This document shows, piece by piece, positions 1-14,697 of a stretch of 64,000 nt of DNA. This DNA comes from Eledone cirrhosa (Eukaryota): assembly GCA_964016885.1 (NCBI GenBank), contig OZ024749.1:40548001-40612000 (forward strand), read 5' to 3'. Below the pieces are notes generated by a model. The model was not told the DNA's origin. It did no database searches and was given only the letters and a program-made list of their open reading frames with translations. A program made the translations under genes and the position numbers. The first letter of the stretch is position 1. Each line of letters opens with the position of its first letter.

Positions 1-478
1 ACTAGCTACAACAACAACAACAACAACAACAATGCCAGCTACAACAACAACAACAACAATACTAGCTACAACAACAACAACAACAATACCAGCTACAACA
101 ACAACAACAACAACACTAGCTACAACAACAACAACAACAACAACAACTACAACAACAACAACAATACCAGCTACAACAACAACTACAACAACAACAACAA
201 CAACTACAACAACAACAACAACAACAACAATACCAGCTACAACAACAACAACAACAATACCAGCTACAACAACAACAACAACAATACCAGCTACTACAAC
301 AACAACAACAATACCAGCTACAACAACAACAACAACAATACCAGCTACAACAACAACAACAACAATACCAGCTACAACAACAACAACAACAATACCAGCT
401 ACAACGTTCTCTGATGTAGTAAAACTTCCGGCTGATCACTTAAACGATGTCAAACATAGAAAGAAAAACAGTTCTTGA
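1..478 (+). repeat. Compound (ACA)n / IPATTTTTT-coding repeat; possibly the 3' end of a Thr-rich mucin-like coding exon entering from the left edge
   Basis: (ACA)n interrupted by ATA-CCA-GCT/CTA-GCT units. One frame is open from position 2 to TGA at 476-478 and ends in non-repetitive TFSDVVKLPADHLNDVKHRKKNSS. Coding status unproven. Confidence 0.4.
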
Positions 479-588
479 GATGTCCTTCCTCTCCCTCCCT
501 CTCCCCTTCCCCTCACTCTCCCTCTCTCTCGCTTTCTATATATATATATCGCTCCCACTCTCTCGCCCTCCTTCTCCATCACTCGCCA

Positions 589-648
<60 letters not shown>

Positions 649-714
649 CTTCCTATCTCTCTTCCTACCATCTCTCTTATTCATCCTTCCATGCCTCCCT
701 TTCTCTCTCTCACC

Positions 715-775
<61 letters not shown>

Positions 776-787
776 GGAACGAGTAGG

Positions 788-883
788 ACCCCGACGGCTG
801 AGCTCAAGCCGTTTCGACGGCTAATTCTGGACTAAATGAACATTTTTATCCTGGTAAATGAATAGCCGAGCTTCTCAGGGGGT
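788..883 (-). ncRNA. Degenerate hammerhead-ribozyme-like motif in a Penelope-like relic
   Basis: Minus strand: ACCCC CTGAGAA ..CGGCTA..TAGCCG.. GAAA CGGCT..AGCC GTC GGGGT. Stems I-III pair, but the core deviates from CUGANGA. Confidence 0.5.
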
Positions 884-1152
884 AATATTCCATATATGGT
901 AAAAGTGATTGTCACAAGGATTGGTCAAAAGTTTGTTGTTGAGACACATAATTCTATCATGGCATTTTGTGGAAGGAAGGGGTAGCTGAACTTGCCAGTA
1001 GAAGAAAGAGGGAGAGGGAGTGGAGGAAACCCAGTCGTGCGTTGAAAGTGACGACTACGGCAGAATCCTAAGGATAAGAGGTCAAGAGGGGGAGGGGGAG
1101 GAAGTCGAAACAATAAGTAGATCTATATGGAGTAAATCTATATAGAAAAATA

Positions 1153-1340
1153 ATTGTTTCTACTTTAGGCACAAGGCCAGCAATTAACCAGTACATTACT
1201 GGTACTTTATTTTATCGACCCCGTAAGGATGAAAGGCAAAGTTAACCTCGGCGGGATTTGAACTCAGACTGTAAAGGGGCGTAACTATGCTAGAAAGCAT
1301 GGCGTCCAACCCTCTACCGATACTGCCAATTCACCACCCT
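1153..1340 (-). mobile_element. tRNA-derived SINE (abundant ~190-bp family)
   Basis: Reverse complement of the full copy at 19001-19188 (B-box GAGTTCAAATCC, central GCCTTTCATCCTTACGGGGTCGATAAAATAAAGTACC). Confidence 0.85.
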
Positions 1341-1731
1341 ATAGAAAAATAATAATGTTAAAAATATAAAAAAACACAATTTCTGGTTACTATACCCCTA
1401 CCACAATCATCAAATCTCTCACTATAGAAAAGTTTAATAGGTGGGGCGGGATACTAAATACGAGATTGTAGTGAAAGAATTTTATGAGTTAGTAGTACTC
1501 GGCCTAATCTATCTTACAATGACAGGTCAACAAGTATGGGGCCAAAATACTTAAAAAAACCTAATACGAAATAATAATTCAGAGTCCCGAAACTAATACG
1601 AAATATTAATTCAGATCCCGAAAATGAATACTAATACGATATATAAGGGTGCCTCTACAATACATAAATTCTAATGCAAACTACATAAATGCTCGTACGA
1701 TAAGAAAAAATTAATACGAAAAATTAATTCA

Positions 1732-1789
<58 letters not shown>

Positions 1790-1792
<3 letters not shown>

Positions 1793-2150
1793 AAGAGGGT
1801 GTTAAAGTTTGCTTGAAGCATTGTGAAATGTGTAAAATATGTAGTTTAGAAAGCCACAACAATGCAGATGGGAAATCTCGAGGTAAGAAGTGAGTGAGAA
1901 ATAGGAGAAAAGTGAAAATTGAGAGAAACGAAAATGAAAACAAAACAAAGGTAGAAGGGTTACCGTAGTGGAGATTTAATCCCAATATTTCGGGCTCACG
2001 CCCATCAACGGGGGAAAGTTCCAAAAGGGTAACCCTTCTACCTTTGTTTTGTTTTCATTTTCGTTTCTCTCAATTTTCACTTTTCTCCTATTTCTCACTC
2101 ACTTCTTACCTCGAGATTTCCCATCTGCATTGTTGTGGCTTTCTAAACTA

Positions 2151-2158
<8 letters not shown>
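1790..2158. mobile_element. Fold-back insert in (TA)n: ~130-bp inverted arms, one-sided tail, degenerate hammerhead in the spacer
   Basis: 1834-1964 is the reverse complement of 2028-2158. Spacer on the minus strand reads TTGATG GGC GTGA GCCC GAAA. (TA)n on both sides. Confidence 0.7.
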
Positions 2159-2230
<72 letters not shown>

Positions 2231-2553
2231 GAATAATCGAGTATCGAAAAATCGGCGCACGAGTTCACGATAAACAAAATTCGAAATGAGCGGCAGAGGG
2301 CTCAATAATTCAGATAAATCAGAGCTATAACTATCGTTAAAATACCGACACACATAGAACATGTCTAAAATCAACCATAGGACCGAAAAATTACGATCTG
2401 GAAGATTCGGGACACTCAGATAAAATATCAATAAATCAATAAATCAAATGAATGTAATATATATATATATATATATATAATTATATATATAATTATATAT
2501 ATAATTATATATATAATTATAAAATAACTGGTGTAATTCCTTAAAGGTTTATT

Positions 2554-2611
2554 ATACTATGAACATTTCAATGACCGGGTTCAGTAAGAATCTGGTGACA
2601 TCATCAGGTAT
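2554..2611 (-). ncRNA. Minimal type I hammerhead ribozyme
   Basis: Minus strand: ATAC CTGATGA [imperfect stem II] GAAA TGTTC ATA GTAT. Intact core, AUA triplet, stem I ATAC/GTAT. Confidence 0.6.
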
Positions 2612-3139
2612 TCCGAAATTTAACAAAGGAATATAATAGACACAATCCAAGGGGGTGAAAAGTAGAGAGATGCCCAAGACGAGAAGGCGGTCAAAAACTT
2701 AGCAGTTGCCAGTCCGGGTAGCCGCCTTCAGGTGAGGAATCTACTTAGTCTTGTCTTGACGTTCTGGTAAAGGGCCGTAAGCTTACATATATGTATGTAT
2801 GTATATTATCATAGCTGTTATCTATATATCTTTCTCTATCTCAGTCGCATAGAAAAAGGATGAGGTGGTCATGGCTGTATTGCCTTTGATCAGAGGTCTG
2901 CTCCATCATTGCCAAACGTGTGTATGTACAGAGAGAGATGCAGAGAGAGAGAGAGGGGGGGGTGCATACAGACAGACAGTCAGACAGAGCAATGAACACA
3001 AAGTGAAAGTTCAGAATATTTGTATTGGCAATTTGAATTATTTTTGCATTACCATTTCATAATGCCAAAATAAGTCCAAAACTCCCTCTCTCTCTATCTA
3101 TCTTTCTCTCTCTCTCTCTTTCTCTCTCTCTCATTTTCT

Positions 3140-3238
<99 letters not shown>

Positions 3239-3335
3239 ATAGAGAAATTAATGTGAACAAGAAGCCAACAGTATTTCATAATATATAAGTGACTATAACG
3301 TCAAAATGGAAAATATTTAACGTAAGATATGGGAA

Positions 3336-3383
<48 letters not shown>

Positions 3384-3567
3384 ACCTCTACGTTAGGGAT
3401 TGGTGCTTTGGCCTCATCAAAAGCTGACAATCAAATCTTTACCCAGGTATGTTTTGATAAAATATTCGCAAGATTGTTAGACATGGACACCAGCGTAATT
3501 GAATTTCTCTAAAAGTAGTCTGGCAACTCCACAGTGTCTGTCCTGTCAGTCTCTCTGTCTGTCTGTC

Positions 3568-5850
3568 TTATTCCACCATAGATCTGATACCTGTACATAT
3601 TCACCTGTCTGTCTCTATCTTATTCCACCATAGATCTAATACCTGTACATATTCACCTGTCTACCTCTATCTTATTCCACCATAGATCTGATACCTGTAT
3701 ATATTCACCTGTCTGTCTCTATCTTATTCCACCATAGATCTGATACCTGTACATATTCACCTGTCTGTCTCTATCTTATTCCACCATAGATCTAATACCT
3801 GTACATATTCACCTGTCTGTCACTATTTTATTCCACCATAGATCTAATACCTGTACATATTCACCTGTCTATCTCTATCTTATTCCACCATAGATCTAAT
3901 ACCTGTACATATTCACCTGTCTATCTCTATCTTATTCCACCATAGATCTAATACCTGTACATATTCACCTGTCTATCTCTATCTTATTCCACCATAGATC
4001 TGATACCTGTACATATTCACCTGTCTATCTCTATCTTATTCCACCATAGATCTGATACCTGTACATATTCACCTGTCTATCTCTATCTTATTCCACCATA
4101 GATCTGATACCTGTACATATTCACCTGTCTATCTCTATCTTATTCCACCATAGATCTAATACCTGTACATATTCACCTGTCTACCTCTATCTTATTCCAC
4201 CATAGATCTGATACCTGTACATATTCACCTGTCTACCTCTATCTTATTCCACCATAGATCTAATACCTGTACATATTCACCTGTCTACCTCTATCTTATT
4301 CCACCATAGATCTGATACCTGTATATATTCACCTGTCTGTCTCTATCTTATTCCACCATAGATCTGATACCTGTACATATTCACCTGTCTGTCTATCTTA
4401 TTCCACCATAGATCTAATACCTGTACATATTCACCTGTCTATCTCTATCTTATTCCACCATAGATCTGATACCTGTACATATTCACCTGTCTATCTCTAT
4501 CTTATTCCACCATAGATCTGATACCTGTACATATTCACCTGTCTACCTCTATCTTATTCCACCATAGATCTGATACCTGTACATATTCACCTGTCTGTCA
4601 CTATCTTATTCCACCATAGATCTAATACCTGTACATATTCACCTGTCTGTCTGTCTATCTTATTCCACCATATATCTGATACCTGTACATATTCACCTGT
4701 CTGTCACTATCTTATTCCACCATAGATCTAATAACTGTACATATTCACCTGTCTGTCTCTATCTTATTCCACCATAGATCTGATACCTGTACATATTCAC
4801 CTGTCTACCTCTATCTTATTCCACCATAGATCTAATACCTGTACATATTCACCCGTCTATCTCTATCTTATTCCACCATAGATCTGATACCTGTACATAT
4901 TCACCTGTCTATCTCTATCTCATTCCACCATAGATCTGATACCTGTACATATTCACCTGTCTGTCTGTCTATCTTATTCCACCATAGATCTAATACCTGT
5001 ACATATTCACCTGTCTACCTCTATCTTATTCCACCATAGATCTGATACCTGTACATATTCACCTGTCTGTCTGTCTATCTTATTCCACCATATATCTGAT
5101 ACCTGTACATATTCACCTGTCTGTCTGTCTATCTTATTCCACCATATATCTGATACCTGTACATATTCACCTGTCTATCTCTATCTTATTCCACCATAGA
5201 TCTGATACCTGTACATATTCACCTGTCTGTCACTATCTTATTCCACCATAGATCTAATACCTGTACATATTCACCTGTCTATCTCTATCTTATTCCACCA
5301 TAGATCTGATACCTGTACATATTCACCTGTCTATCTCTATCTTATTCCACCATAGATCTGATACCTGTACATATTCACCTGTCTATCTCTATCTTATTCC
5401 ACCATAGATCTGATACCTGTACATATTCACCTGTCTGTCTATCTTATTCCACCATAGATCTGATACCTGTACATATTCACCTGTCTACCTCTATCTTATT
5501 CCACCATAGATCTGATACCTGTACTTATTCACCTGTCTATCTCTATCTCATTCCACCATAGATCTGATACCTGTACATATTCACCTGTCTGTCTGTCTAT
5601 CTTATTCCACCATAGATCTGATACCTGTACATATTCACCTGTCTGTCTCTATCTTATTCCACCATAGATCTGATACCTGTACATATTCACCTGTCTGTCT
5701 CTATCTTATTCCACCATAGATCTAATACCTGTACATATTCACCTGTCTGTCTATCTTATTCCACCATAGATCTGATACCTGTACATATTCACCTGTCTGT
5801 CTATCTTATTCCACCATAGATCTGATACCTGTACATATTCATCTCTATCT
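3568..5850. repeat. 52-bp minisatellite, ~44 copies
   Basis: Unit TTATTCCACCATAGATCT(G/A)ATACCTGTACATATTCACCTGTCTRYCTCTATC. Period 52, with 50/54 variants from TC/TG slippage. Confidence 0.95.
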
Positions 5851-6077
5851 TTATCACATCATAGATCTGATTCCTCTACATAGTCACATCTCTTTATCTC
5901 TGACTGTCTCTTTCTATTTCCTTTATTCCACCATAGGTCTGGCATCTCCACGATAACTATCTGTCTCCTTCTACAATGGCTGTGTTAGTGTCTCTGATAT
6001 CACACCTCAGTTTCTTAAAACTGGGAGATGGACTTGACTTCTTAATGTTGTATTTTCAGTTTATATCAGTTGATTAA

Positions 6078-6545
6078 CTGAGTCGTTATGGTTGAGTCGT
6101 TATGGCAGAGTCATTATGGCTGAGTCGTTAGGACTGAGTCGTTAGGGCAGGGTCGTTAGGGCAGGGTCGTTAGGGCTGAGTCGTTAGGGCTGAGTCGTTA
6201 GGGCAGGGTCGTTAGGGCTGAGTCGTTAGGAAAGAGACGTTAGAGAAGAGTCATTAGGACAGGGTCATTAGGGCAGACTCAATTGGGATGAGTCGTTATG
6301 ACTGAGTCGTTAGGGTGATTCGTTGTGGCTGAGTCGTTAGGTCAGTGTCGTTAGGGCAGGGTCGTTAGGTCGGCGTCGTTAGGGCAGAGTCGTTAGAACA
6401 GGGTCATTATGGTTGCGTCTTTATTGCAGGGTCGTTAAGGCTGAGTCATTTGGGATGAGCCGTTATGGCTGAGTCGTTTGGGCTGAGTCGTTAGGGCTGA
6501 GTAGTTAGGGCTGAGTCATTTGGGCTGAGTAGTTAGGGCAGAGAC
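6078..6545. repeat. 14-bp minisatellite with TTAGGG core
   Basis: Unit GTCGTTAGGGCTGA / GTCGTTAGGGCAGG, about 30 diverged copies. Confidence 0.9.
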
Positions 6546-6893
6546 CTAAGGGTGCTGAATTAAGTGTCTTGTGGTATTTGTTCCAACTGACTGCACTCTC
6601 CTCACCGCTGTTATCTTCTCCCCCTCCTCCCTCCATATTGATGAAGTATTCATCTCACTTAATTCCACATAACTTATTTCTTCCTCTTCAAGTTTCAACA
6701 ACAAACAAAACATATTTTCCCAATATCACCGAAGTTGACGTCAGAGACAAACAAGGGGCAATAACTCACATCCACTAGCCAAGATTTATTAAACACACCC
6801 CCGCCTCTCCCCTTTTTGTTTTATATCTTACTCATTCATCAGTATCTAATATAGTACTCTTGCTTTCTTTCATTCTTTAATTCTTTATTTCAG

Positions 6894-6955
6894 GAAGAAA
6901 CGGGAATTTCATACCATGGCAACGCCACACGTTAACACGTTTGTTAAATTCTAAA
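6894..6955 (+). CDS. Putative internal exon of the sulfotransferase gene (stem region)
   Basis: Polypyrimidine tract + tttcAG acceptor, GTAAGT donor. Open frame [20 protein letters not shown] ends in phase 0, matching the 8309 exon. Confidence 0.5.
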
Positions 6956-6993
6956 GTAAGTGTTGTATATTATAAAATCAGTCACGTTTTTAC

Positions 6994-7125
<132 letters not shown>

Positions 7126-7127
7126 CA

Positions 7128-7185
<58 letters not shown>

Positions 7186-8149
7186 TGTATGTATGTATAT
7201 ACATACATACATACATACATACATGGTGGCTGCCAACTCGTTTTCGAGTACGGCCACTACTTTATATCCATGTAGGAGAACCCCTACTGATGCGCTGAAC
7301 GAGTGTGACTTCTTAGTCCAGCCAGCGACTTGAAAACTCTGGTACAAACACTACACTTGTGACAATTATTGACACATAGTGCTGGGCCCATGGTACCATG
7401 TGACGACAAGTACAGAGAGATCTCCAGATATAAAGCAATGCCTGTGCCGTGAAGCTTTTATAGTGAGCAAAGGCACTGCACAAAGCCAGTCCCACTCTCT
7501 TAACCAAGATGATATTTACCAAAAAGAAGAACAAGTCAACATCATTGGATACCATCAGAGTTGCTGGTGTTATATCAGAGTTTTCCTTCTCCTAGAATTC
7601 TGCCTTGACAAAGGCTAAGGGGTCATCTCTCCCGGTGATTTTGGATGGCCATTGACTCTTAAGAGCTCCTTTTCCCTTTGACAGATTTTATTTTTAGTCC
7701 TGCAGGATGTCCAAAGTCACCCTCCTCACCAAGAAACCTTGGTAGGGTTGCCAGTTTAGTCGCCAACAGGTTGTACTGGGATACATGTTACCAGTAGCAC
7801 CAACTGGTGACCATACATACATACATACATACATACATACATACATACATACATACATACATACATACATACATACATACATACATTGGGATGACAATTT
7901 CTTTTCTTTTACAACCTTGCCACCAGGAAGGTGGCCGGTCAAAAAAATATACTCGAAATTAAGAGAAAGAGATAACATACATACATACATACATACATAC
8001 ATACATACATTACATCCATATATATGTGTGCTTGGCCTTTAACGTTTGTTATAGCTCTGGTTCATCTGAATCATTGAGCACTTGCCACACATCTCGGAGG
8101 TTGTTTTTCGTTATTTCGTGGGCCGAAATGCGATTCTCGATAATTTATG

Positions 8150-8270
<121 letters not shown>

Positions 8271-8308
8271 ATTTATATATATATATATATATTTTATTTT
8301 TTTATCAG

Positions 8309-9457
8309 TTGGAATCTAATGAAGAAGCATCTGGAACAATCTCCACCATAGACTCAATCTACGAGGAACGGCGCAGACAACTACAAGAAGTCTGTAGAGG
8401 TAAAGAAAACACCTACATCGGTAATAACTCGGAATCCTCTATAAAAAGCCGAATGTACGTTGATTCCAGGCACCAAATATTGTACTGTGCTATTGAGAAA
8501 ACTGGCTCAACATTCTGGAAAAGAATTTTTCAGATTCTCATCGGACTACGAAATGCTAGCAACCCGTTCGCTATTCCAGGAATGGAAGCCCATTTCAGCT
8601 ACAACACATTACAAAAAGTATCTTTTGACATAATTCACGTATTTTTACAGAAATATACCAAGTTTTTATTCGTCAGAGAACCGTACGCTCGCCTCTTGTC
8701 GGGATATGTCGACAAACTGTTTTCGCCCAATTCGTTTTACTGGAGATATACTGGTACCTATATTGTACGCTACTTTCGCTCCCTTCCGACCAATCACAGC
8801 CTCAAGTGTGGTCATGACGTCACGTTTCCGGAATTTATCGATTATTTCATTGATTCTGAAGAACATAACCGCTTCAGGAACGGCCATTTCTCTCCGAGTT
8901 ACGACCATTGTCGACCTTGCCAGATTCAATACGATATTATCGGTAAGCTAGAGTCTTTCAAAAACGACACCATCTACATCCTGGAGAAACTTGGAGTTGA
9001 TTCTATTATCCAATTCTCAAATTTTGCCAATGAGAGTGAAGTCGATGCTCTAACTGACGCTGCTGATAATGTCTATGCCATGAGATTATCTATCACAAAA
9101 TGTATGACTTTCACCGAAGCCTTGCATCGTGTGTGGAAGAAAATGCAGATACGTGGTCTCTTGAGTCGCCAAATTCATTTTCCATATTCGGATGATTCCC
9201 AAACCTTTATTCCATATTCTAGTTTCCTCAAAACACTGTTTGATGCTTACGCACGTTCTGGTCCCAGAGAGGAAAGGATTGAAAACCGAAAAATGGCTCT
9301 CATCGAAGCTTATCGACAAATTGACTATAGACAATTGCTGAAGCTGAAAAAAATTCTTGAACCAGACTGTAAAATATTTGGTTATGATCCAAAACCATCT
9401 TTTATCTTCCAGCAAACACGACAGCCAGAATCTTTTTATTTCATGCTGGATTATTAA
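8309..9457 (+). CDS. Carbohydrate sulfotransferase, Sulfotransfer_2 family (HNK-1/CHST8-14-like), large terminal catalytic exon
   Basis: Acceptor tttttatcAG at 8307-8308. 5'-PSB motif [14 protein letters not shown], 3'-PB motif [42 protein letters not shown] and C-terminal DCKIFGY. The YIYI N-terminus of the tracked ORF is intronic (TA)n. Confidence 0.92.
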   Translation: MESNEEASGTISTIDSIYEERRRQLQEVCRGKENTYIGNNSESSIKSRMYVDSRHQILYCAIEKTGSTFWKRIFQILIGLRNASNPFAIPGMEAHFSYNTLQKVSFDIIHVFLQKYTKFLFVREPYARLLSGYVDKLFSPNSFYWRYTGTYIVRYFRSLPTNHSLKCGHDVTFPEFIDYFIDSEEHNRFRNGHFSPSYDHCRPCQIQYDIIGKLESFKNDTIYILEKLGVDSIIQFSNFANESEVDALTDAADNVYAMRLSITKCMTFTEALHRVWKKMQIRGLLSRQIHFPYSDDSQTFIPYSSFLKTLFDAYARSGPREERIENRKMALIEAYRQIDYRQLLKLKKILEPDCKIFGYDPKPSFIFQQTRQPESFYFMLDY

Positions 9458-10699
9458 ACAATTGGTTGGTTAGTTCATTGAACATGGATGAATAACTCTT
9501 GATACTAACCCAGCCCAAACCAGCTCTGGTTCTATGAAACAAAGCCACCCATTTTAAAGGGTTTCATATTTGACCTTTTTTATATCAGCCCTGGTTCTAT
9601 GAAACAAAGCCATCCCTTTTAAAGGGTTTTCTATTTAACCGTTTTAATATCAACTCGGCCAAAACCAGCTATTGTTCTATGAAACAAAACCAACCATTCT
9701 AAAGGGTTTCTATTTAAACTATAATCTTCTAACTTAACTTGATACAACAACCATATATTAAGTTACGATCGTAGTGATGAAATAATTAAACATTTTAGTA
9801 AATCCCACAAAATGCTTCTTTAATCAATTGAAGTAGAGTTTATTTCATTTGAGATAGTGTTACGAAACAATTAAATACTACTGTTCCTGTTGACGTGGAG
9901 GGATAGAGTGAAGCAGTTTTACGGTTTTCTGAAAATATCTTTCAAATCTAACCCTAACAGACCGAGAAAGCGGTTGCCACACATAAATTTCACCTTTTAC
10001 TGGCTCCAATCATTAAATTGCGCCCATACTGGGTGACTGCCTTAAAGAGCTATAGTCTATCGGATCGACCCCAAAAGTTTTTTTTTTTTTTCATTTTTCA
10101 CAAGTCTGATACTTATTTTAACGATTGCTTTTTGTCAAACTGCTAAGTTACGGGGCGTAAACAGAGACACTAACACAAACGTAAACACAAACACGCACGT
10201 TATGTTGCAAGCATTCGAAACAGGTTTCTGGTTTGAGGATAACATTTTCCTACAAGATATTGTTTTTCAAACTTTGACTAAATTATTTTTTTAATGGTTA
10301 ACCATCCAAAAATCATATTCTTAACTATGGAGGTTACAACGAACATAAGAACTAATGACATTGTGTTAAATGTTGAAGTTTGATTCTTGAAAATGTCATG
10401 TTAATACTCAATGTTGGTGTCTTGGTCATGTAATGCAAAGGGAGGCAACTCTGATTTTTCCTGATTTATGTTCTTTGGTTATTGTATACTAATTCAGTAT
10501 TACACGGCATATGAGGGTTTGTGTTGTGGAAATACATTTATCACTGTGGGGAATTTGGTAACATCAAATAACTTTACATTTGTAATTAATTGCTAGTTAA
10601 ACAGTATTATTGTTTCCTTACGGGGTCGATAAAATAAAGTACCAGTAATGCACTGGGTAATTGCTGGCCTTGTGCCTAAAGTAGAAACACTTATTGTTT

Positions 10700-10925
10700 A
10701 TCAAAAAGAATTACCAGACATACTCACTCGAGTATGGGACGAGGTAGACTATCGTACAGATATACGTCATGTGTCCGGGGGAGGGTATATTGATCATTTG
10801 TAAAAATTGTAAATAAAACTGTATATTGAGACATGTATTGTACAAGTTACCGCATGATTATATGTTCATTTATTTCAAATATATAGCCTTTTGAAATCGG
10901 GTGATTCTTTTTGATACACCCTCTA
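10700..10925 (+). mobile_element. Tc1/mariner-superfamily transposon 3' remnant
   Basis: Encodes PDILTRVWDEVDYRTDIRHVSGGGYIDHL* (resembles the transposase C-terminal GGHIEHL motif), followed by a TIR-like TTTTGATACACCCTCTA and TA. Confidence 0.65.
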
Positions 10926-11189
10926 TATTTATATAAATATATATGAATATGAAATGTGTCATATTAAAGGTAATTTTGAATTTAATAAATATTTGTATTT
11001 TGAAAATTAGTATTCGTTATTTCATTATTTTGTATAGGACCCACGGAATTTAAACAAATACAAACAAAAAAAAACTGTAATTATTATCCCCTATCTAACT
11101 TAATACTACTTCTCCTATGTTCAGTAACACACAGAGTAACATTTATATTTTTCTGACCTATCAATCTCATATTTCAACTCTACATTTAT

Positions 11190-11558
11190 CAGACCTGCCA
11201 ACCTCTAAAAACCCAAACGGGGTGTACTATGAAAAATAGTGCCCCAAAACGGGGAGAAATGAGGCAAAATGGGGAGATTTTACATAATTGTTTCTATTTT
11301 AGGCACAAGGCCAGCAATTACCCAGTACATTATTGGTACTTTATTTTATCGACCCCGTAAGAATGAAAGGCAAAGTTAACCTCGGCCGGATTTGAACTCA
11401 GATTGTAAAGGGACGTAACTGTGCTGGAAAGCATGTCCGACCCTCTACCGATGCTGCCAAATGAAAGCTATACCCATTTTTAAAAGAGAAGACATCTCTC
11501 ATCCACGCCAAAACGAGTGAGAGATTTCCTCATTGGACTGGGAGAGTTGACAGGTCTG
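11190..11558. mobile_element. MITE with CAGACCTGCCAAC...GTTGACAGGTCTG termini (hAT-like), containing a nested SINE (11287-11460, -)
   Basis: 13-bp TIRs seen directly. The internal SINE matches the 19001 family. Confidence 0.6.
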
Positions 11559-11594
11559 ATATATAATATTTATATCTTCACTGCATCTCTCTAT

Positions 11595-12150
11595 CTATGA
11601 GAGGTGGTACGGTGTTCTCTCCCACCAATACACACCACCACCGGGATCGCCGTACCTTCCAATCACTCCTTTCCATGTCAGATGGTCAGTGCCAACATGT
11701 ACATTGAAGTCTCCCATCAGGATATATGACTCAGTCTTAACTACATCAAACGCTGCAGTTATTTCATCAAGGAAGGATCTGTATTCGCACTTTTTGTTTG
11801 ATACATAAAATTGCACCACCAACAAAGACCTATCTTTTAGCCTAAGCTTCAAGTGGCAAATCTCCCCTCCTAATGGAGATCAAAGAATTGCTCCAAGAAG
11901 AGCCGCTACTTGAGAGATCACAGCTCCGATACTGTGGGCATGTGGTTAGAATATCTCAGGAAAGAATTGCTGGAGAGATTTTATTGGCAAAATCAACTGG
12001 CAAGGAGAGCTAGGGGTACAGACAAAGCAAGATGGTTGGATAACATCCATGAGCTTGGCTTGTTTCGCTTGGGGGATCCAGGCGGATCAGTTGGAGACAG
12101 TTGCTTCTGACAGGACCCGCTGGAGGGCGTGTTTGATTGACTCTGCACCC
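11595..12150. mobile_element. LINE fragments (AP-endonuclease piece on -, RTE-like 3' end on +)
   Basis: Minus ORF has ILMGDFNVHVG...GVIGRYG (APE motif). The plus-strand piece resembles an RTE C-terminus (RARG..ARWLDNI). Confidence 0.6.
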
Positions 12151-12353
12151 CCACGACCCACTAAGAAATAAGTGGGCGAAGAAAAAGAAGATTGTTGTTG
12201 TTGTTGTTGTTGCTGTTGTTGCTGCTGCTGCTGCTGTTGTTGTTGTTGTTGTTGTTATGAAGGCCATTAAGAAATGTCTGTTACATTTCTCAACAGCTGT
12301 ATCAATAAGGCAAGTTGATGTTTCTTGGAAGGTCACTTTTCAGGTCTCGTTTG

Positions 12354-13225
12354 ATGGTGGTGATAGGTGGTGGTGGTGGTGGTGGTAGTGGTGGTGGTGG
12401 TAGTGGTGGTGGTGGTGGTGGTGGTGGTGGTGGTGGTGGTGGTGGTGGTGGTGGTGGTGGTGGTGGTGGTGATAGGTGGCGGTGGTGGTGGTGGTGGTGG
12501 TGGTGGTGGTGGCTGGTTGTGGTGGTGGTGGTGGTGGTGGTGGTGGTGGTGGTGGTGATAGGTGGCGGTGGTGGTGGTGGTGGTGGTGGTGGTGGTGGTG
12601 GTGATAGGTGGTGGTGGTGGTAGTGGTGGTGGTGGTGGTGGTGATAGGTGGTGGTGGTGGTGGTGGTGGTGGTGGTGGTGGTGGTGGTGGTGGTGGTGGT
12701 GGTGGTGATGGTGGTAGTGGTGGTGGTGGTGGTGGTGGCTGGTTGTGGTGGCGGTGGGGTGGTGGTAGTAGAAGTGCTGGTGTTGGTGGTAGTAGAAGTG
12801 GGGGGGGTAGTAGAAGTGATAGGGGGTAGTAGTAGTGGTGGTGGTGGTGGTGATAGGTGGTGGTGGTGGTGGTGGTGATAGGTGATGGTGGTGTTGGTGG
12901 TAGTAGAATTGATGGTGGGGGGGTAGTGGTGGAGAGGCAGTGGTGGTGGTGGTGGTGATGGTGGTGATGGTGGTGGTGGCGGTGCTGATAGGTGAAAGCA
13001 CTGGTAGTAGTCGTGGTAGTGGCGCTGGGGGTGATGATAGTCGGCGTATTGGTGGTGGTGGTATGTGGTGGTCGTTGTGGTAGTGTGGATGGTTCTGGTG
13101 ATGGTGGTGGTGTGGTTGTAGTGGTGGTGGTGGTGGTGGTGGCGGTGGCGGAGAGTGGTGTATTGTGGGTAATGAGAGGCAAGAGGCTAGTGAGGTGGTG
13201 GTGGTGGTGGTGGTGGCGGTGGTGA
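12354..13225. repeat. (GGT)n compound microsatellite
   Basis: Long GGT array with GATAG/AGT interruptions. Confidence 0.95.
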
Positions 13226-13398
13226 AGTTTGCGTGTTCTGGTTTGGTTGGGAATATATTAGTTATCGGTGAATTCACAGGTGGATCTTTTCATAAAGGAC
13301 AACAGATTCTGGGGGTAGAGAACATGTGTATGTGTGTGTCTATGTGTATGTATATATGTGTGTCTATGTGTATGTATATATGTGTGTCCCTGTGTATG

Positions 13399-13435
<37 letters not shown>

Positions 13436-13564
13436 TTGTGGGGGTAAGGAGTGTTGTGGAGTGTGTGTGTGTGTGTATGTAATTCTAAAATGTCGTTTTA
13501 ATCAAAATGACAGCTAACTGCTAACTGTTACATGTTGAAGTAGTTAACAATAATAAAATAAATT

Positions 13565-14096
<532 letters not shown>

Positions 14097-14289
14097 GATA
14101 AATCTACCAAGAGTTTACGGTAGTGTCCAATCCGTATGAAGAACTCAATGTATTCCGGATATCATGGAAAGAAGAGATGTAATGAAAATCCACTTTCGGT
14201 GAAAGATAAACGGTATACAGAGTCAAGATAAAATATTAAACAAATAATGAATAAACAATTCCTTATATTAAACATATTATATATATATA

Positions 14290-14697
14290 TAACGGCGATG
14301 AATTAGTTTGGCGAGGTTTTTGATATGAAATCGTATCGAAACAAATATTGTTATACTTGGGGAGGGTCATATTTGTGTAATATTGCCAGAATTAATAACA
14401 GAACACACTCACGAAAAGATGGCGTAGAAAATACAATGCAACGGGGGAAACAATAGCACCACTGACGATGTTGCAGATGTGCAACGAAAGAACTTTGATA
14501 AACTATATATATGTGTTTGTGTCTATATTGTATCTGTATTATTTTTTACCGTTGGTCAGTCAGTCAATGGCAACATTGAGGACCGAATAAATTAGATTAC
14601 CGATATAAAAGACACAGAAGCGAAAACCAACCAAACAGTGAGTGTGTTCTGTTATTAATTCTGGCAATATTACACAAATATGACCCTCCCCAAGTAT

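Noticed and set aside
3397-3446. Candidate upstream sulfotransferase exon (AG...CAG|GTATGT)
   Set aside because: Its phase-1-ending frame contains a stop, so it cannot join the 6894 exon directly; acceptor is weak. The TM-encoding first exon was not located.
3568-5850. Regular array resembling CRISPR
   Set aside because: Head-to-tail 52-bp units with no unique spacers, no cas genes, eukaryotic context.
12315-13277. Poly-H/P/T/G/V ORFs
   Set aside because: Translations of a (GGT)n microsatellite open in most frames; no splice or domain support.
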